DNA of 63,534 bases, filler included, from Perkinsus chesapeaki ATCC PRA-425 (GCA_013115145.1; 9 parts of 9 records of this genome joined end to end with filler, not necessarily neighbours in it), one strand, 5' to 3'; counted from the whole stretch's first letter, positions 47,978-59,475 are shown. Translations and numbers: made by a program. Notes: generated from the sequence alone by a model not told the origin.

Positions 47978-49255
47978 GTGTCAAGAAACTATGAGAACGC
48001 AAGATTGTCGCCTTGCCATGTTGGCATCTTCATATTCATTGTCCCCGGATCGGGAGTTGCTGGATGCCCACCGGAGGGTGGAAGGATTGCGGAAGACGAC
48101 TGTAACGTGGGAGTACGGTACTATTACGGTACAAATAGTACGGTAGTAGGGAGAGCACGCACGGGACTCATTCCGAATATTTGGTTCCTATACACTGATG
48201 AGGCCGACAAAAAAATGGTCAAATTGCTGTCAGCGAATACCTTCCAAAATAACACGGTTTACGAGGAAGTCATTGTCACTTATTGGGAGAAACTCCAGGA
48301 AAACATGACTTCAAATGATGCAGTGGAGTTGATATATGCTTCATATGGTATTACTAAGCATAAAGCGACAGTTCCAGATTTAACTGTAGCACCCAGGCCC
48401 GAAGCTATCTTTATAGGATCCGAGGTTACTGGTGAGAGAACTAGGTCATTCTTCAACAATGAAGGAAGCTTTGAATGGATGCCCCAACATGGTGGATTGC
48501 GCGGTTCAGTTGCTCCTATTGAGTACTTTAAAATTGCTGAGGGTACGGCTAGCTTCAAGTTCTTCCACGCCAAATACCAATATTCCCAGAATGAACTCAA
48601 GAAGTTGGAGATACCTCCCAACTGTATGGGCGGCGGTCTAACCAGCAAATCATGCTATTGTCTATATGTGGGTTATGACTTCAACGACACTTCGTTGGCG
48701 CTCCAGGTTGGTATGGCCTTTACTGACGTTAAAGAGAAACTTTACGAGGCACGCCTTAACATCTCTATTTTCTACTCTAGCGATGAAAAGGTGCTAGATT
48801 TCTCATTCAGCGCAGGAGGATGTGCCGTAGTGTTTCAGGAAGGCGTCTCCTTCGGTAACTTGAATATTAAAATATGCATGGCTGGCAGCGGTGAAGGTAA
48901 AAGCCTTCTTCAGCCAGACAATGCTACCTATCGCGGTGAAGCCAACATTTCAATCGCCTTCAGTATTGTCTTACCGCTCGGTAGCCTGAGTGTAACGCTC
49001 TATGCCGGCTTTAGATGCCAAGGTGCTCCCAACAACAATATAACTGCCTCGGCCACAGTTGGAATAGATGATAGCCGACTGGTGGTAGGTGCTGGTATTT
49101 GGGTTGATATCTTCGGCAAGACCGTGGAGCATAAATCAAATAAGTGGGAATTCGAGTCCTATTTCAACCTCAAGATTTGGGCCGGAGTATGGAAGTTTAA
49201 AAAAGAGTGGAGATGGACTTGGTTGCTCTTTAAAGCTGGCCCAGTTACATTTTAA
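47978..49255 (+). CDS. intronless beta-strand-rich hypothetical protein, probably secreted
   Basis: 425-codon open frame with a hydrophobic N-terminal stretch (VGIFIFIVPGSGVAG); no in-frame ATG at the 5' end; alternating hydrophobic C-terminal half. Confidence 0.65.
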   Translation: MSRNYENARLSPCHVGIFIFIVPGSGVAGCPPEGGRIAEDDCNVGVRYYYGTNSTVVGRARTGLIPNIWFLYTDEADKKMVKLLSANTFQNNTVYEEVIVTYWEKLQENMTSNDAVELIYASYGITKHKATVPDLTVAPRPEAIFIGSEVTGERTRSFFNNEGSFEWMPQHGGLRGSVAPIEYFKIAEGTASFKFFHAKYQYSQNELKKLEIPPNCMGGGLTSKSCYCLYVGYDFNDTSLALQVGMAFTDVKEKLYEARLNISIFYSSDEKVLDFSFSAGGCAVVFQEGVSFGNLNIKICMAGSGEGKSLLQPDNATYRGEANISIAFSIVLPLGSLSVTLYAGFRCQGAPNNNITASATVGIDDSRLVVGAGIWVDIFGKTVEHKSNKWEFESYFNLKIWAGVWKFKKEWRWTWLLFKAGPVTF

Positions 49256-49829
49256 GTATGTCCGTTCTCCGTCGTGCCTTATCTTCTTGGTTTGCCATTT
49301 CATGTTGTCAGAATAGAAAGGTCTGAATTGCCACTTGTCGAGTCTCGTCCTTTGTTGCTCAACAACTATTCGCGCTAGCTGTTGGTCAGTTAGCTCCAGT
49401 GGCAGGTGGCTCTTGCGTTCAATCATATGTAAGTGCTTCCCAAGTATGCTGCGGTATTGGTTGCGGTATCGGTGTATCGCTGCGTCTGACTTTGCTTCAA
49501 ATCTCAGTCGGAGCTTTAGATCTCGCTCGGAAAAAGTTCAGCCGAGTTGAGTTACTAGACAGTCCACTGTTAAAGGAGGTTACAGCAAGCGAACGCCGGA
49601 TAGATCGCTTTACTTATCAGCTAATCGCGATCTAGTGAGTCAAGAGGAAGGGTATGCTAGTAGTAGTGCTGAACAGCTGATTGACAACTCGCTATAATGC
49701 GTCCGAGTCGGGCGGTAATGTGACAAGATGATGCAAAAGGGAATTCTCAAAGTAGGCAGCTTTCGTGTGTGTGTGCAACTGCAGAGACGGCTGGCTTTGA
49801 CAAGCCATGCTAGTGGTTCATTGTTGCGT

Positions 49830-49929
49830 NNNNNNNNNNNNNNNNNNNNNNNNNNNNNNNNNNNNNNNNNNNNTTAATTAATTAANNNNNNNNNNNNNNN
49901 NNNNNNNNNNNNNNNNNNNNNNNNNNNNN
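49830..49929. other. artificial contig spacer
   Basis: N44-TTAATTAATTAA-N44. Confidence 0.98.
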
Positions 49930-50775
49930 TTTGCATGCGACTGACCATTTTTGAACACTGATTGGTGAGCAACGAGCAACAGGCTCATTGGATTGTCTCA
50001 CTCTCACTGTGAAAGTGTTGCGTATCAAGTGGAGAATCTCAGAGATAGTAACACCACAATATACTAACGTATCTGTAGGCATGTCCCTGTCGTGCCCAAC
50101 ACCTTTATCGAGCTTAGCGAACAAATGTCAACTTGTGACTATGTCAACTGCACCCAATAACTCATGAATAGCACTCAGCCGTGCTAGTATCACGTGGCTA
50201 CGGCAAAAGGACATAAAATGAGTCATATGCATTAGCTCTCCATTACCGGCTCGATGTTGCAACGGCTCTGCATCCGTCTGCTCCTCGAGCTATAAGATAC
50301 TGGGTAGAGACTGTGCAATTGAATGTTCATCCTAGAACGTGCCGTGTCGAAAAACAGAGAAGATTCAAGCCAAGCATTAATGTAATGGCCAGGATGCCAC
50401 TGCCAGTGGCCCACTGGAGCATCCGAGGAGGAGTTATCAAGTGGTTGGTTAGATCCTCCGCACAAGCAAAAGCGGGCTGACTGTCGACGACTAAGGAGTC
50501 AGGACGAAGCCTGTTGAATTTCGAGCAGGAAGGTGTTGATTAATTTCAATAATAAATTATATGTTATGATGGGGGAGTATCGTGTCGGCCCCAAGATTTG
50601 AAACGGCTGCTGGAAACTCCTGCAATCGGTTTCTCCGGTAACCATTGCATGCAGACGTTTTGTCGGGGGGGGGGGAACGTGTTCATCTAGAGTCATTTCG
50701 ACGAATTCATTGTGCTTAGTTTTAAAGTCCAACCTGTAAGCACATCCATTCTTTTCAGCATTTGCTTTTTACAGA

Positions 50776-52368
50776 ATGTCGCTTCTTTCTCTCCCATTTA
50801 GACTTGCCTGTCTCACTGCCCTTGGAATAGACGCCTATCTTATGGTCAACACCACTACCTGCGATGCCCGCTGCAGTGTCACCTATGCTGGATCTTACTG
50901 TAAATACTGGAAGACTCCAAGTACATGCTTTGGTTCGGATGTACCGTGTTCTTGTGATACGATGGAAGTGTTTGAGGCCCCTCGCGATTGTGATGTTGGT
51001 TGCTCATCTGACACTCCCGGTTCTTACTGTAAGTATTGGAATACTCCAAGCGTTTGCCACATCTCAAATGTTCCTTGCACATGTGAGAGTGATACAACTA
51101 CGGTAACTGCTGAAGCCACCACTTCTTCCGCACCCACACCGACGGCCATTGTTACTACTCCCTCTGGAGAGACCACTGGATATACTTCAGTCCCTACATC
51201 GGTTGTCATCACAACAATCGAACCTACAGCTACTGAGACCGAAGTGTCAACGAGTCCCGTTACTGTGACAGGTGTAGTCGAAGTTACCATACCTAATGTT
51301 GAAACTCCCGGCCGAGATCAGAAGGATGGTAATGCCACATCTACGACTGTTGCTTCTACCGTGACGGCAACTGTATATGCCACGACAACACCGGAACCTG
51401 TATCCACCATCAGTGGGTTCACTACCGAGTCGATGGGAGGAACCACTGCTGCTCCTACCACTACAAGGGTTCCTGTTACCGACGTAATGCCAATGACTAC
51501 CGCAGCTGGTGAATCTCCTGGCCGAGGCAAGAACGAGACCGTGATGCCAACTACTGCTACTGAGGTCGCGACTGTAACGACTCCCGCTCCTGTCGAGACT
51601 ACTGTTGATGCCGGCCCTGTCCCGACTTCAACAGCAAGCGCGCCTACGTCCGAGACATCTCGAGCAACTACCTCTGCCGCTACCACTACGAAGGTTCCTG
51701 TTACTGACGTAATGCCAGTGACTACCGCAGCTGGTGAATCTCCTGGTCGAGACACGAACGAGACCGTGATGCCAACTACTGCTACTCAGGCAATGACTGT
51801 AACCACACCCGCTTCTGTCGAGGCTACTGTTGATGCCGGCCCTGCCCAGACTTCAACAACAAGCGAGTCTACGGGTGAGACCTCTCAAGCAACTACCTCT
51901 GCGGCTACCACTACAAATGCCCCTATTACTATTGTGATGCCAGTGACTACCGCAGCTGGTGAATCTCCTAGCCGAGGCAAGAACGAGACCGTTATGCCAA
52001 CTACTACTACTCAGGCCATGACTGTAACGACTCCCGCTCCCGTGGAGACTACTATCGAGGGGACTCCAAGCGGCACGACCGTAGCGCCCTCTGACGAGTC
52101 TACTGCATCCGTTGTAACCGGCGAGGCTTCCGTCACTACTCCGGTGAATGAAACACCTGGTCGTGATGAGAAGGACCAGAAGACTACTGAAACTTCGACT
52201 GTAGCATTTGGTAGCACTTTAGAGGTGTCTACTACGGAGGTCCCGACTACTACAGCTGATGCGACCACAACCATAATTGATGACACCTCTGTGATGGCAA
52301 CTGAAGCCTCAGAGACTACTGCTATCATGGAGACTACTCCTCCGACTACTGTGAACCCGAACATTTAG
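50776..52368 (+). CDS. secreted mucin-like protein with two N-terminal SYCKYW Cys modules
   Basis: Signal-like N-terminus, then CDARC..GSYCKYWKTPSTC..VPCSC and CDVGC..GSYCKYWNTPSVC..VPCTC, then over 400 aa Thr-rich sequence; intronless. Confidence 0.85.
   Translation: MSLLSLPFRLACLTALGIDAYLMVNTTTCDARCSVTYAGSYCKYWKTPSTCFGSDVPCSCDTMEVFEAPRDCDVGCSSDTPGSYCKYWNTPSVCHISNVPCTCESDTTTVTAEATTSSAPTPTAIVTTPSGETTGYTSVPTSVVITTIEPTATETEVSTSPVTVTGVVEVTIPNVETPGRDQKDGNATSTTVASTVTATVYATTTPEPVSTISGFTTESMGGTTAAPTTTRVPVTDVMPMTTAAGESPGRGKNETVMPTTATEVATVTTPAPVETTVDAGPVPTSTASAPTSETSRATTSAATTTKVPVTDVMPVTTAAGESPGRDTNETVMPTTATQAMTVTTPASVEATVDAGPAQTSTTSESTGETSQATTSAATTTNAPITIVMPVTTAAGESPSRGKNETVMPTTTTQAMTVTTPAPVETTIEGTPSGTTVAPSDESTASVVTGEASVTTPVNETPGRDEKDQKTTETSTVAFGSTLEVSTTEVPTTTADATTTIIDDTSVMATEASETTAIMETTPPTTVNPNI
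51457..52056 (+). repeat. 225-bp (75-aa) coding tandem repeat, about 2.7 copies
   Basis: ACTACCGCAGCTGGTGAATCTCCT recurs at 51496, 51721 and 51946. Confidence 0.9.
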
Positions 52369-52429
52369 TTCAGTTTTAGTAATGCAGTTTTCAGCTGGCC
52401 CGCATTCTGTTTAATCTAGCGGGTCGACC

Positions 52430-53260
52430 CTGTGATAATGATCGGTAAGTTTGCTTGTTGCGTTCCAATAGTCCAAAAGTCCTCTAGAGGGACTTATTCG
52501 ACTCCTGATTTAGTATCAGCTCGATACACTATCAACGTTCGTCTGTTGTCTCGCCTTCTCTGCCGTCCACACAGTCATCTCCTCCATCAACCCACGTCCT
52601 GTCAGCATCTGCCTCAGCGAATGTTCATCGATATTCTTTGGGTCATATTGCAAGTATTGGCAGGATCAACCGACTTGTCATGGCACGAATGTGACATGTT
52701 CCTGTGATACACCCAAGCGTCCGCTCTTATCTTAGTTTTTCTTACGCTCGCTAGAGTTGACCTTTTCAATGCAAGCAGCAACGATCACAATCATCACAAC
52801 TTGGAATCGAAGACCGTGCCTGCTCCTAACTAAAATCCAAATGCGTCGTGTGTGGGTATCCCATACCATAGTGATACGCCAACTATACACAGCAACTTGC
52901 TCTTAGCAAGTATGCAGCTTGTAAAGCATTAGGCCCAGTGATATCACTACCGGGTAGTCAAAATAGGATTCGGGCTTTCTAAAGTACCGGGCAGACCCAA
53001 CTTTATTCAGTAAGTCTCGAAGGTCAGATTGCGTCTCTACCCCAGATTTCTGACGGAAATCCGAGGCCATCCCGGGTGGTCCGCCAGCGAAGATCATGAC
53101 AATCTCTGCTCTGTGACAGCACAAGTTGCGCAGGAGCTTTCTATTGGCTAAGACTTAGCTCTCTAATGCGTTACGTAAGTCCAAGACGCCAGAGAGACTG
53201 TCTAGAGTGGAGTCTCTCAACGAATACCCACTCAACCCCATTAGCTCTCTCAGGGAATAA
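52430..53260 (-). CDS. hypothetical multi-exon protein
   Basis: Protein-like exon fragments (SLRELMGLSGY.., EIVMIFAGGPPG..ARYFRKPE, QYDPKNIDEHSLRQML..); not assembled. Confidence 0.3.
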
Positions 53261-53893
53261 GTAACATATCTAATGCTAAGCGGCTTGTTCATCGTTTACC
53301 ACAAATCTATACCTCATCATTCCTCGAGAACTGACGAACTCGACAACGGACTAGGTCTAACAGCAAATAAGCTCTCTGCAAGAATAGCCACCTCGCAATA
53401 TGTGACTAACTTCTACTCGCGTCGAGGAGCCCACCGGCCCTTCTCGAGCCTGACGATGCTCTCCGAGCACCCTTCGCAATGACAATGCCAAAATAAGGAT
53501 TACGAATATTCGCACTAATGTAGAAACGATCCTGTCTCCCAGGGTAGCTCGACAATGGACTGTGATGAAGACTAGTGTTGATTATCACTACAAAGACCAC
53601 AGGACGCGCCGCCGCATGTGCCAATCATGATCTTATACTGTAAGGGTATTAATGCCTCCCAAAAATGGACTACCGCGGGCCTTACAGAGAAAGCAAGGGA
53701 AAGGGTCTCGATTACGAGTCTCGATTAGGTGAATATCGGGTAGCTCCTCAGAGTCGACGATGGGTATTGGCGTCGATGTAAGCCACGACGAAAGCCTAGT
53801 ACATGATAGCCGAACAGATGATACAGTATCTTCGCCTTCGCGAGCCGATCCTTGTAACACAACAATTAATACACTCATGGGCTAATCATCTGG

Positions 53894-53993
53894 NNNNNNN
53901 NNNNNNNNNNNNNNNNNNNNNNNNNNNNNNNNNNNNNTTAATTAATTAANNNNNNNNNNNNNNNNNNNNNNNNNNNNNNNNNNNNNNNNNNNN
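53894..53993. other. artificial contig spacer
   Basis: N44-TTAATTAATTAA-N44. Confidence 0.98.
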
Positions 53994-54496
53994 GTCGAAG
54001 AACCACTAGTAGTCGTAGTACTTGATGTTACGGAAGCACTAGTCGTAGTTGTAGTGGTAGTGCCAGCAGAGGTCGAAGAACCACTGGTAGTCGTAGTGCC
54101 TGTAGAGGTAGAGAATCCACTACCCGTAGTGGTAGTACCCTGTATTTCAGAAGTACTAGTAGTAGACGTAATGGGTGAAGAGGTCGTGGAGGTGGTTATA
54201 GTTGTAGTCTTTGTAGTGGTTGCAGCTGCACTACGCGGTATTCCCTCTAACGAGCGTCCCAAGCCGTGAAACTCCCCAGAATCCTCTACACTGCAGTCGG
54301 AGTAAGAGGGAACTATCCACTCAACGATATCACCCGAAACATCATCGCCAGACTCCGACGGCTCCCAAACCGCACCATCACAATCCACCAAAGAGAAAGA
54401 ATCAGTCCGTCCATTGTCGACCGAAGCTCCTCCCGAAAGATCAAACAGTGAGAACAATAAACAGCCGAGCGGCATGAAGTTAGAAATAATAAGCAT
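53994..54496 (-). CDS. secreted mucin-like protein (3' truncated)
   Basis: Signal-like MLIISNFMPLGCLLFSLF, a short 2-Cys acidic domain, then Thr/Ser repeats running into the spacer. Confidence 0.75.
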
Positions 54497-55429
54497 GGTT
54501 GAAATTAACAAGGGTTAAAATAGAAACTGATAACGCATCACTCCATGTTCAAAGACTTGAACCTCATATTTCAATTGCACATGTAGCAAGAAATACATGA
54601 ACAAAACCTGTCCCAGTCACGCTATTCCGCTATTGAATCACCCCGGAAACAGGGACACTAGCGTTAATCATCACACAGTGTCTCTGTACAGCCAACAAAA
54701 ATAAGAACTGTTAAAGTAATCTCAATATCTCTGACCAATCGAATGCAAGAAGTCACTGGCTGTCGAGCAACGCCGCATTTGAAGCACCTCCGCAATGTGA
54801 CGCACTAGCTTCATTCAACCCCTTTCGCAGTGCTCACGCCTATCATTAGCCAAGTTATCAAGTCGCATGATTTTAGTGTTACTACTTCTATAATACAATA
54901 CATTCTATAGATGCGGAGATACTATGACAGACGAAACAGCAGACGGCTGGCAATGTCTAGCGTCACTAGCACTTTTAGGCAGGAAACTTGTCTTGCCAAA
55001 TAGCTGTATTCCGCGGAATAGCTCGGTCTGAAAAGTGTATAACGACAGACTTCTACTGTACTTCGTGAATCATTAGCAAAGAATGGCCAGTTTCACGGGT
55101 AATAGAGATCCGTTAGCAGAAAAGATGCAAGGACCAGTCAACCGACCTGGATTGTGTCGGTTGTCCCTACGCGGTGTCCCGCCTCCACAACTGCCAAATC
55201 TCTAGCTTTTACATTAACAAACAACCAAATTCGTGTGCCAAGCAAGTAATAAAGACTCTTTGGTGCAACTCGATCAGAGAGACGAGTAAGAATAGTTGAG
55301 GGGTTGCGACAGAAACTGTTTTCCCTACATAGCATAGGTCAAAATTAGAATTAGAAGTTTTCACGAAATGGAATAATTCGTTAACGATAACCTCAAGAAT
55401 TATCCCCACAAGCGCAACTATTCACAATG

Positions 55430-56501
55430 TTAGTTGCAATCACAAAGCACTAGCGGATGGAGCTCGCGGCCAGCCATTCGTCTGTGTCCAGTCCCATAAC
55501 AAGCATGAGGCGTGTTCCAGTACATGCAGTACGATCCGGGGATAATCGAATCACAATACTCATCACCAGACGAGCACGGAGGACCACTCGCAGTCGAAAT
55601 TGAAGTACTAGTAGACAAGGTAGTCTCAGAATTGCTAGTCGACGATGTAGTCTTCTTGATTGTCGTAGTGGCACTGGACGTTGTTCCAGTAACGGTCGAA
55701 GTTGTGCTGGTCCCTTTTGGAGTAGTAGTCGCTGACGAACAAGAGCAAGGGATGTCCGTTCCATGGCAGACACTGGGATTTTTCCACTGCATACAGTACG
55801 AGCCCGGGAGCACGGAAGAGCAGAATGCATCGGCTTCGTGGCAGCCACCACCGGACGAGGTCGAAACGGTAGAAGTCAATCTAGTCGTAGTGGGGGCACT
55901 GGAAGTCGTGCTCCCTATAGTAGTGGTACCTCGTGTAGTGCTAACTATGGTAGTGACGCCCTTAGTAGTAGTGGTAAAAGTTGTACCCGTACTCCCTGTA
56001 GTGGTAACCTTTGTAGTACTAGCGGTAGTGGATACACTAGTGGTGGCACTTGTGGATGTCGCGGTAGTAGTCTGGACACCCGTAGACGTGGTATGGGAAG
56101 TGGTTGATGGTCCACTGCAGGAACAGGGAGTACCCGTACCGTGGCAGACACTTGGTAACTTCCAGTACATGCAGTATGAATTCGGCTCAATAGACCGACA
56201 GAATGAATCACCAAAGTCACACCTTCCGCCAGTGGTACCACCAGTCGATGTTGAAGTCGTTGAAACTGTTGTTGTCCTGGTTGTGGTCGATGAAGTTGCA
56301 GTTGTACTGGTTGTAGTCGTCGAAGTTGTTGTTGTACTGGTTATAGTCGTTGAAGTTGTGGTCGTCGAAGTTGTGGTCGTCGAAGTTGTTGTTGTACTGG
56401 TTGTAGTCGTTGAAGTTGTTGTTGTACTGGTTGTGGTCGTTGAAGTTGTTGTTGTACTGGTTATAGTCGTTGAAGTTGTGGTCGTCGAAGTTGTGGTCGT
56501 C
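55430..56501 (-). CDS. mucin-like protein with three SYCxxW Cys modules (5' truncated)
   Basis: Poly-Thr tract, then CDFGDSFC..NSYCMYWKLPSVC..TPCSC, CHEADAFC..GSYCMQWKNPSVC..IPCSC and CSSGDEYC..GSYCMYWNTPHAC.. separated by Thr linkers; stop at 55430. Confidence 0.85.
56270..56501 (-). repeat. Thr/Ser coding tandem repeat (15/30-bp units)
   Basis: Repeated gaagttgttgttgtactggttgtagtcgtt-type units on the + strand. Confidence 0.85.
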
Positions 56502-56601
56502 NNNNNNNNNNNNNNNNNNNNNNNNNNNNNNNNNNNNNNNNNNNNTTAATTAATTAANNNNNNNNNNNNNNNNNNNNNNNNNNNNNNNNNNNNNNNNNNN
56601 N
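56502..56601. other. artificial contig spacer
   Basis: N44-TTAATTAATTAA-N44. Confidence 0.98.
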
Positions 56602-57299
56602 GGCCTCAAAGGACAAGTATCTGGTTTATTGCTTTGCGCGTTTGAGTTGGTTACAGTTCTACGGAACAGCAGCTTCTAATTAACCACGAAGTATGCGAAT
56701 CCGATATTTTAGCATAGTCTGTGCTTGACAGCGGTGTAGTCCTATTCGTTCACTGTCACCTGGTGACCAGCTACTGGTCCAGTGGATAGCCGGTGCAGGC
56801 CGTGAATTCCACAGACCAATTGATCTCCTACTCTAGTCGAGATGTACCTACTCGCAGTGCGAATCTCGTACACCTCACTGAGGTTAGCTGACCCCAGATA
56901 CCTACCAACTGATGGCACCACATACAACCAAATAGGAACTTGACCATACTTGTCCTTCATGAAACGACTTTTTGTAGTACAGCATTTGTATGAAACTAGC
57001 ACGAGAGGGGATGAACCGTAATGGGCGAAACAATAATAGAATCCTTCCTGGTGTTTCTCGGCCGGGGGCACGTGCCACGTTCTAGCCGAGCCTCGGTTAA
57101 AACGCGGAGAAACATAAGAGAAAAAAAAGCATGTTTATGGGACATTGTCGGACAACTGGCCCATTATAATGGCCGGAAGAAGACTTCCAGCTGAGGGACA
57201 GTGCGGAGTCCTTAGTGTGGCCGGCGTGATCACTGAAGAAGGCCTGAGACTCTCGGGATGAGAGAAAATCCGGAGCGAAGAAGAGCTGAACCTAAGCAT

Positions 57300-57480
57300 T
57301 AGGCGAAGGCGCCAATATAGTCGGTCAAGCCAGTGGATTGAAGCCACGACTGAAAGAGCTTGGATGATGTCACATCATCCAACACATGTTACATGTGTTG
57401 AAGAAGTAGAACCTCTAGGCGATGCACATGACGGAGGAGCTCCGTTGGAGTTAGCCGTTTTATGCCCAATTCCCAGCTGC
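57300..57480 (-). CDS. possible SAM-domain-like exon fragments
   Basis: WELGIKRLTPTELLRHVHRL and LFQSWLQSTGLTDYIGAF resemble a SAM end and a SAM start; gene not assembled. Confidence 0.25.
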
Positions 57481-58189
57481 AAGGTTCTGCTGGTAGAGCC
57501 TAGGGTGGCCGTGATAATGGTCAGCCACGCGTCATTAATTTCCTGTATTTAGCAACGTTTCCTGTTCGGTGCTTTGACCACCTATTGTCTGCAACCGAAA
57601 GAACGGCAGTTTGTTTGTTCATCCGTGTACAGGTTTGATGTTAAGGTATTGTTCGCCACGGCATGTTGAGTATAGGAGCCTTGGCTGAGGCTACGTAGCT
57701 AAAATACTATGTGCAAATTCGTACTGGTCATTCATCTGGGCTTGGGCATATTGCCAGCGGTCGATTGCCGACTGGATATGTATATGGTATGGCTGGTCTG
57801 ATGTATGCCTATATATATCGATGTCTATCTTGTGCCGCTAAAACAGTGATATGTTAGCGGCATCTGTCTGTCACGACTCGATCCGCTGGAACCGGATGAT
57901 TTACCCATGCACTCGTCTCGCTGTTGTGTTTCAGCGCTCGCCGCCCATACTGCATTACGACTCATCCATTCTTGTCGAGCCTCGAATTAGTAGCGCATCA
58001 ATGATCAAAACAATGACAGCGTTGCTGCCCTGTTGCCCTTACTGAAACACGACGCTCTCCCTCTTTTGTAACACACCATTCATCACATCCTCACTACCCG
58101 TGTACCCAGAGCATCGAGCTTCGCGATGCCTGGAGCCCACGGTGCGAGTTGCATCATGTATCATAATAAAAAAATAAACGTGTAAAAGA

Positions 58190-59475
58190 TTATGCGAGGT
58201 GGAGCATCGCCATAAGTGTAGCGACAGTGACCGATACCGTGAAAGCGTTACTCTCGGGGGCAGCAGTAGTTGTGGTGGTGGTGGTAGTCGTCGAGTTCGG
58301 ACCGTAGCAGGTATCTTTAGGAGTCGGACTCTTGAGATCTTCCGGGCAAGTCTTCTCAGCCATGCGTTGCTTGTACTCATCACCAACCACGGTCTCGAGC
58401 GAAGTGTCAAAGGGGACGCCAGCGCTGCACTTGCAGTATTGGTGGATGTCAGCGAGGAAGGATTTGATAGCCACACACGCTTCGACTTCAGCGAAGCATT
58501 TTGCCATAGGACAGTCGGCACCTTCCTGACAATCTACGCAGATAGGATGGAACTGGCACCGACGTTCATCGCTGCCGTGCATATCAGCAAGATCTAAGTC
58601 TGAACCGTCCTTGACTGGCTGCATGGCGGGCAATCTGGCTATGTGCTTAGTTAGCCCTTGGCACTGTGCTGCACATGCCATTACCATAGCCATCATGGCA
58701 TCGCTTGTAGTCGTGGCGGAAGCTGAAAAGGAACAAAATACGAGGTTGCATAAGAGTCGATTTCCTTACTTGGGCCCGCCGTGGTGACACCAGTGGCAGT
58801 AGTAGTAGCACCAGCAGCGGTAGTGCCAGCTGCAGTAGTAGTGGCAGCAGCAGTGGTGCCGGCGGCAGTAGTGGCGGCGGCAGTAGTGGCGGCGGCAGTG
58901 GTGGCGGCGGCCGTGGTACCGGCGGCAGTGGTCGCAGCTGCAGTAGTAGTGGCAGCGGCAGTAGTAGTGGCTCCAGCAGCGGTAGTGCCAGCTGCAGTAG
59001 TAGTGGCCGCAGCAGTGGTGCCGGCGGCAGTGGTGCCAGCTGCAGTAGTAGTGGCAGCGGCAGTGGTGCCAGCAGCAGTAGTAGTGGCGGCAGCAGTGGT
59101 GCCAGCAGCAGTAGTAGTGGCAGCGGCAGTAGTAGTGCCGGCGGCAGTAGTAGTGGCGGCGGCAGTGGTACCAGCGGCAGTAGTAGTGGCGGCAGCGGTG
59201 GTACCAGCGGCAGTAGTAGTGGCGGCAGCGGTGGTGCCAGCGGCTGTAGTGGTGGCGCCGGCAGTAGTCGTGGCCGCAGCGGTGGTGGTGGCCGCAGCGG
59301 TGGTGGTGGCGGCGGCAGTAGTTGTGGCCGCAACGGTGGTGGTGGCCGCAACGGTGGTAGTGGCTGCAACGGTGGTAGTGGCCGCAACGGTGGTAGTGGC
59401 CGCAACGGTGGTAGTGGTTTGAGCCACGCTAACGGTGGCCATCGTAGCAAGGAAGATGAGATCGATGAATCGCAT
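58190..59475 (-). CDS. putative GPI-anchored mucin-like surface protein (TTAA stalk + Cys-rich domain)
   Basis: MRFIDLIFLATMATVSVAQ signal, about 210 aa of TTAA(G/A/T) repeats, intron 58723-58769, a Cys-rich domain, then poly-Thr and a hydrophobic end SNAFTVSVTVATLMAMLHLA*. Confidence 0.8.
58781..59420 (-). repeat. Thr/Ala/Gly low-complexity coding repeat
   Basis: TTTVAA, TTTAAA and TTAAG units (15-18 bp). Confidence 0.95.

Noticed and set aside
50195-50203. CCGTAGCCA on the minus strand, matching the start of the dinoflagellate/Perkinsus spliced leader
   Set aside because: Only 9 nt, with no TTGGCTCAAG continuation; expected by chance.
1-59420. Regular 27-, 30- and 225-bp repeats as possible CRISPR arrays
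   Set aside because: No unique spacers, periods are multiples of three inside coding frames, there are no cas genes, and the context is eukaryotic.
55512-59450. Long Val-rich and Pro/Leu-rich ORFs (55512..56549, 58781..59422, 58647..59450; similar ones at 51024-52364 and 54054)
   Set aside because: Antisense or shifted readings of Thr/Ala codon repeats, which lack stops by construction.
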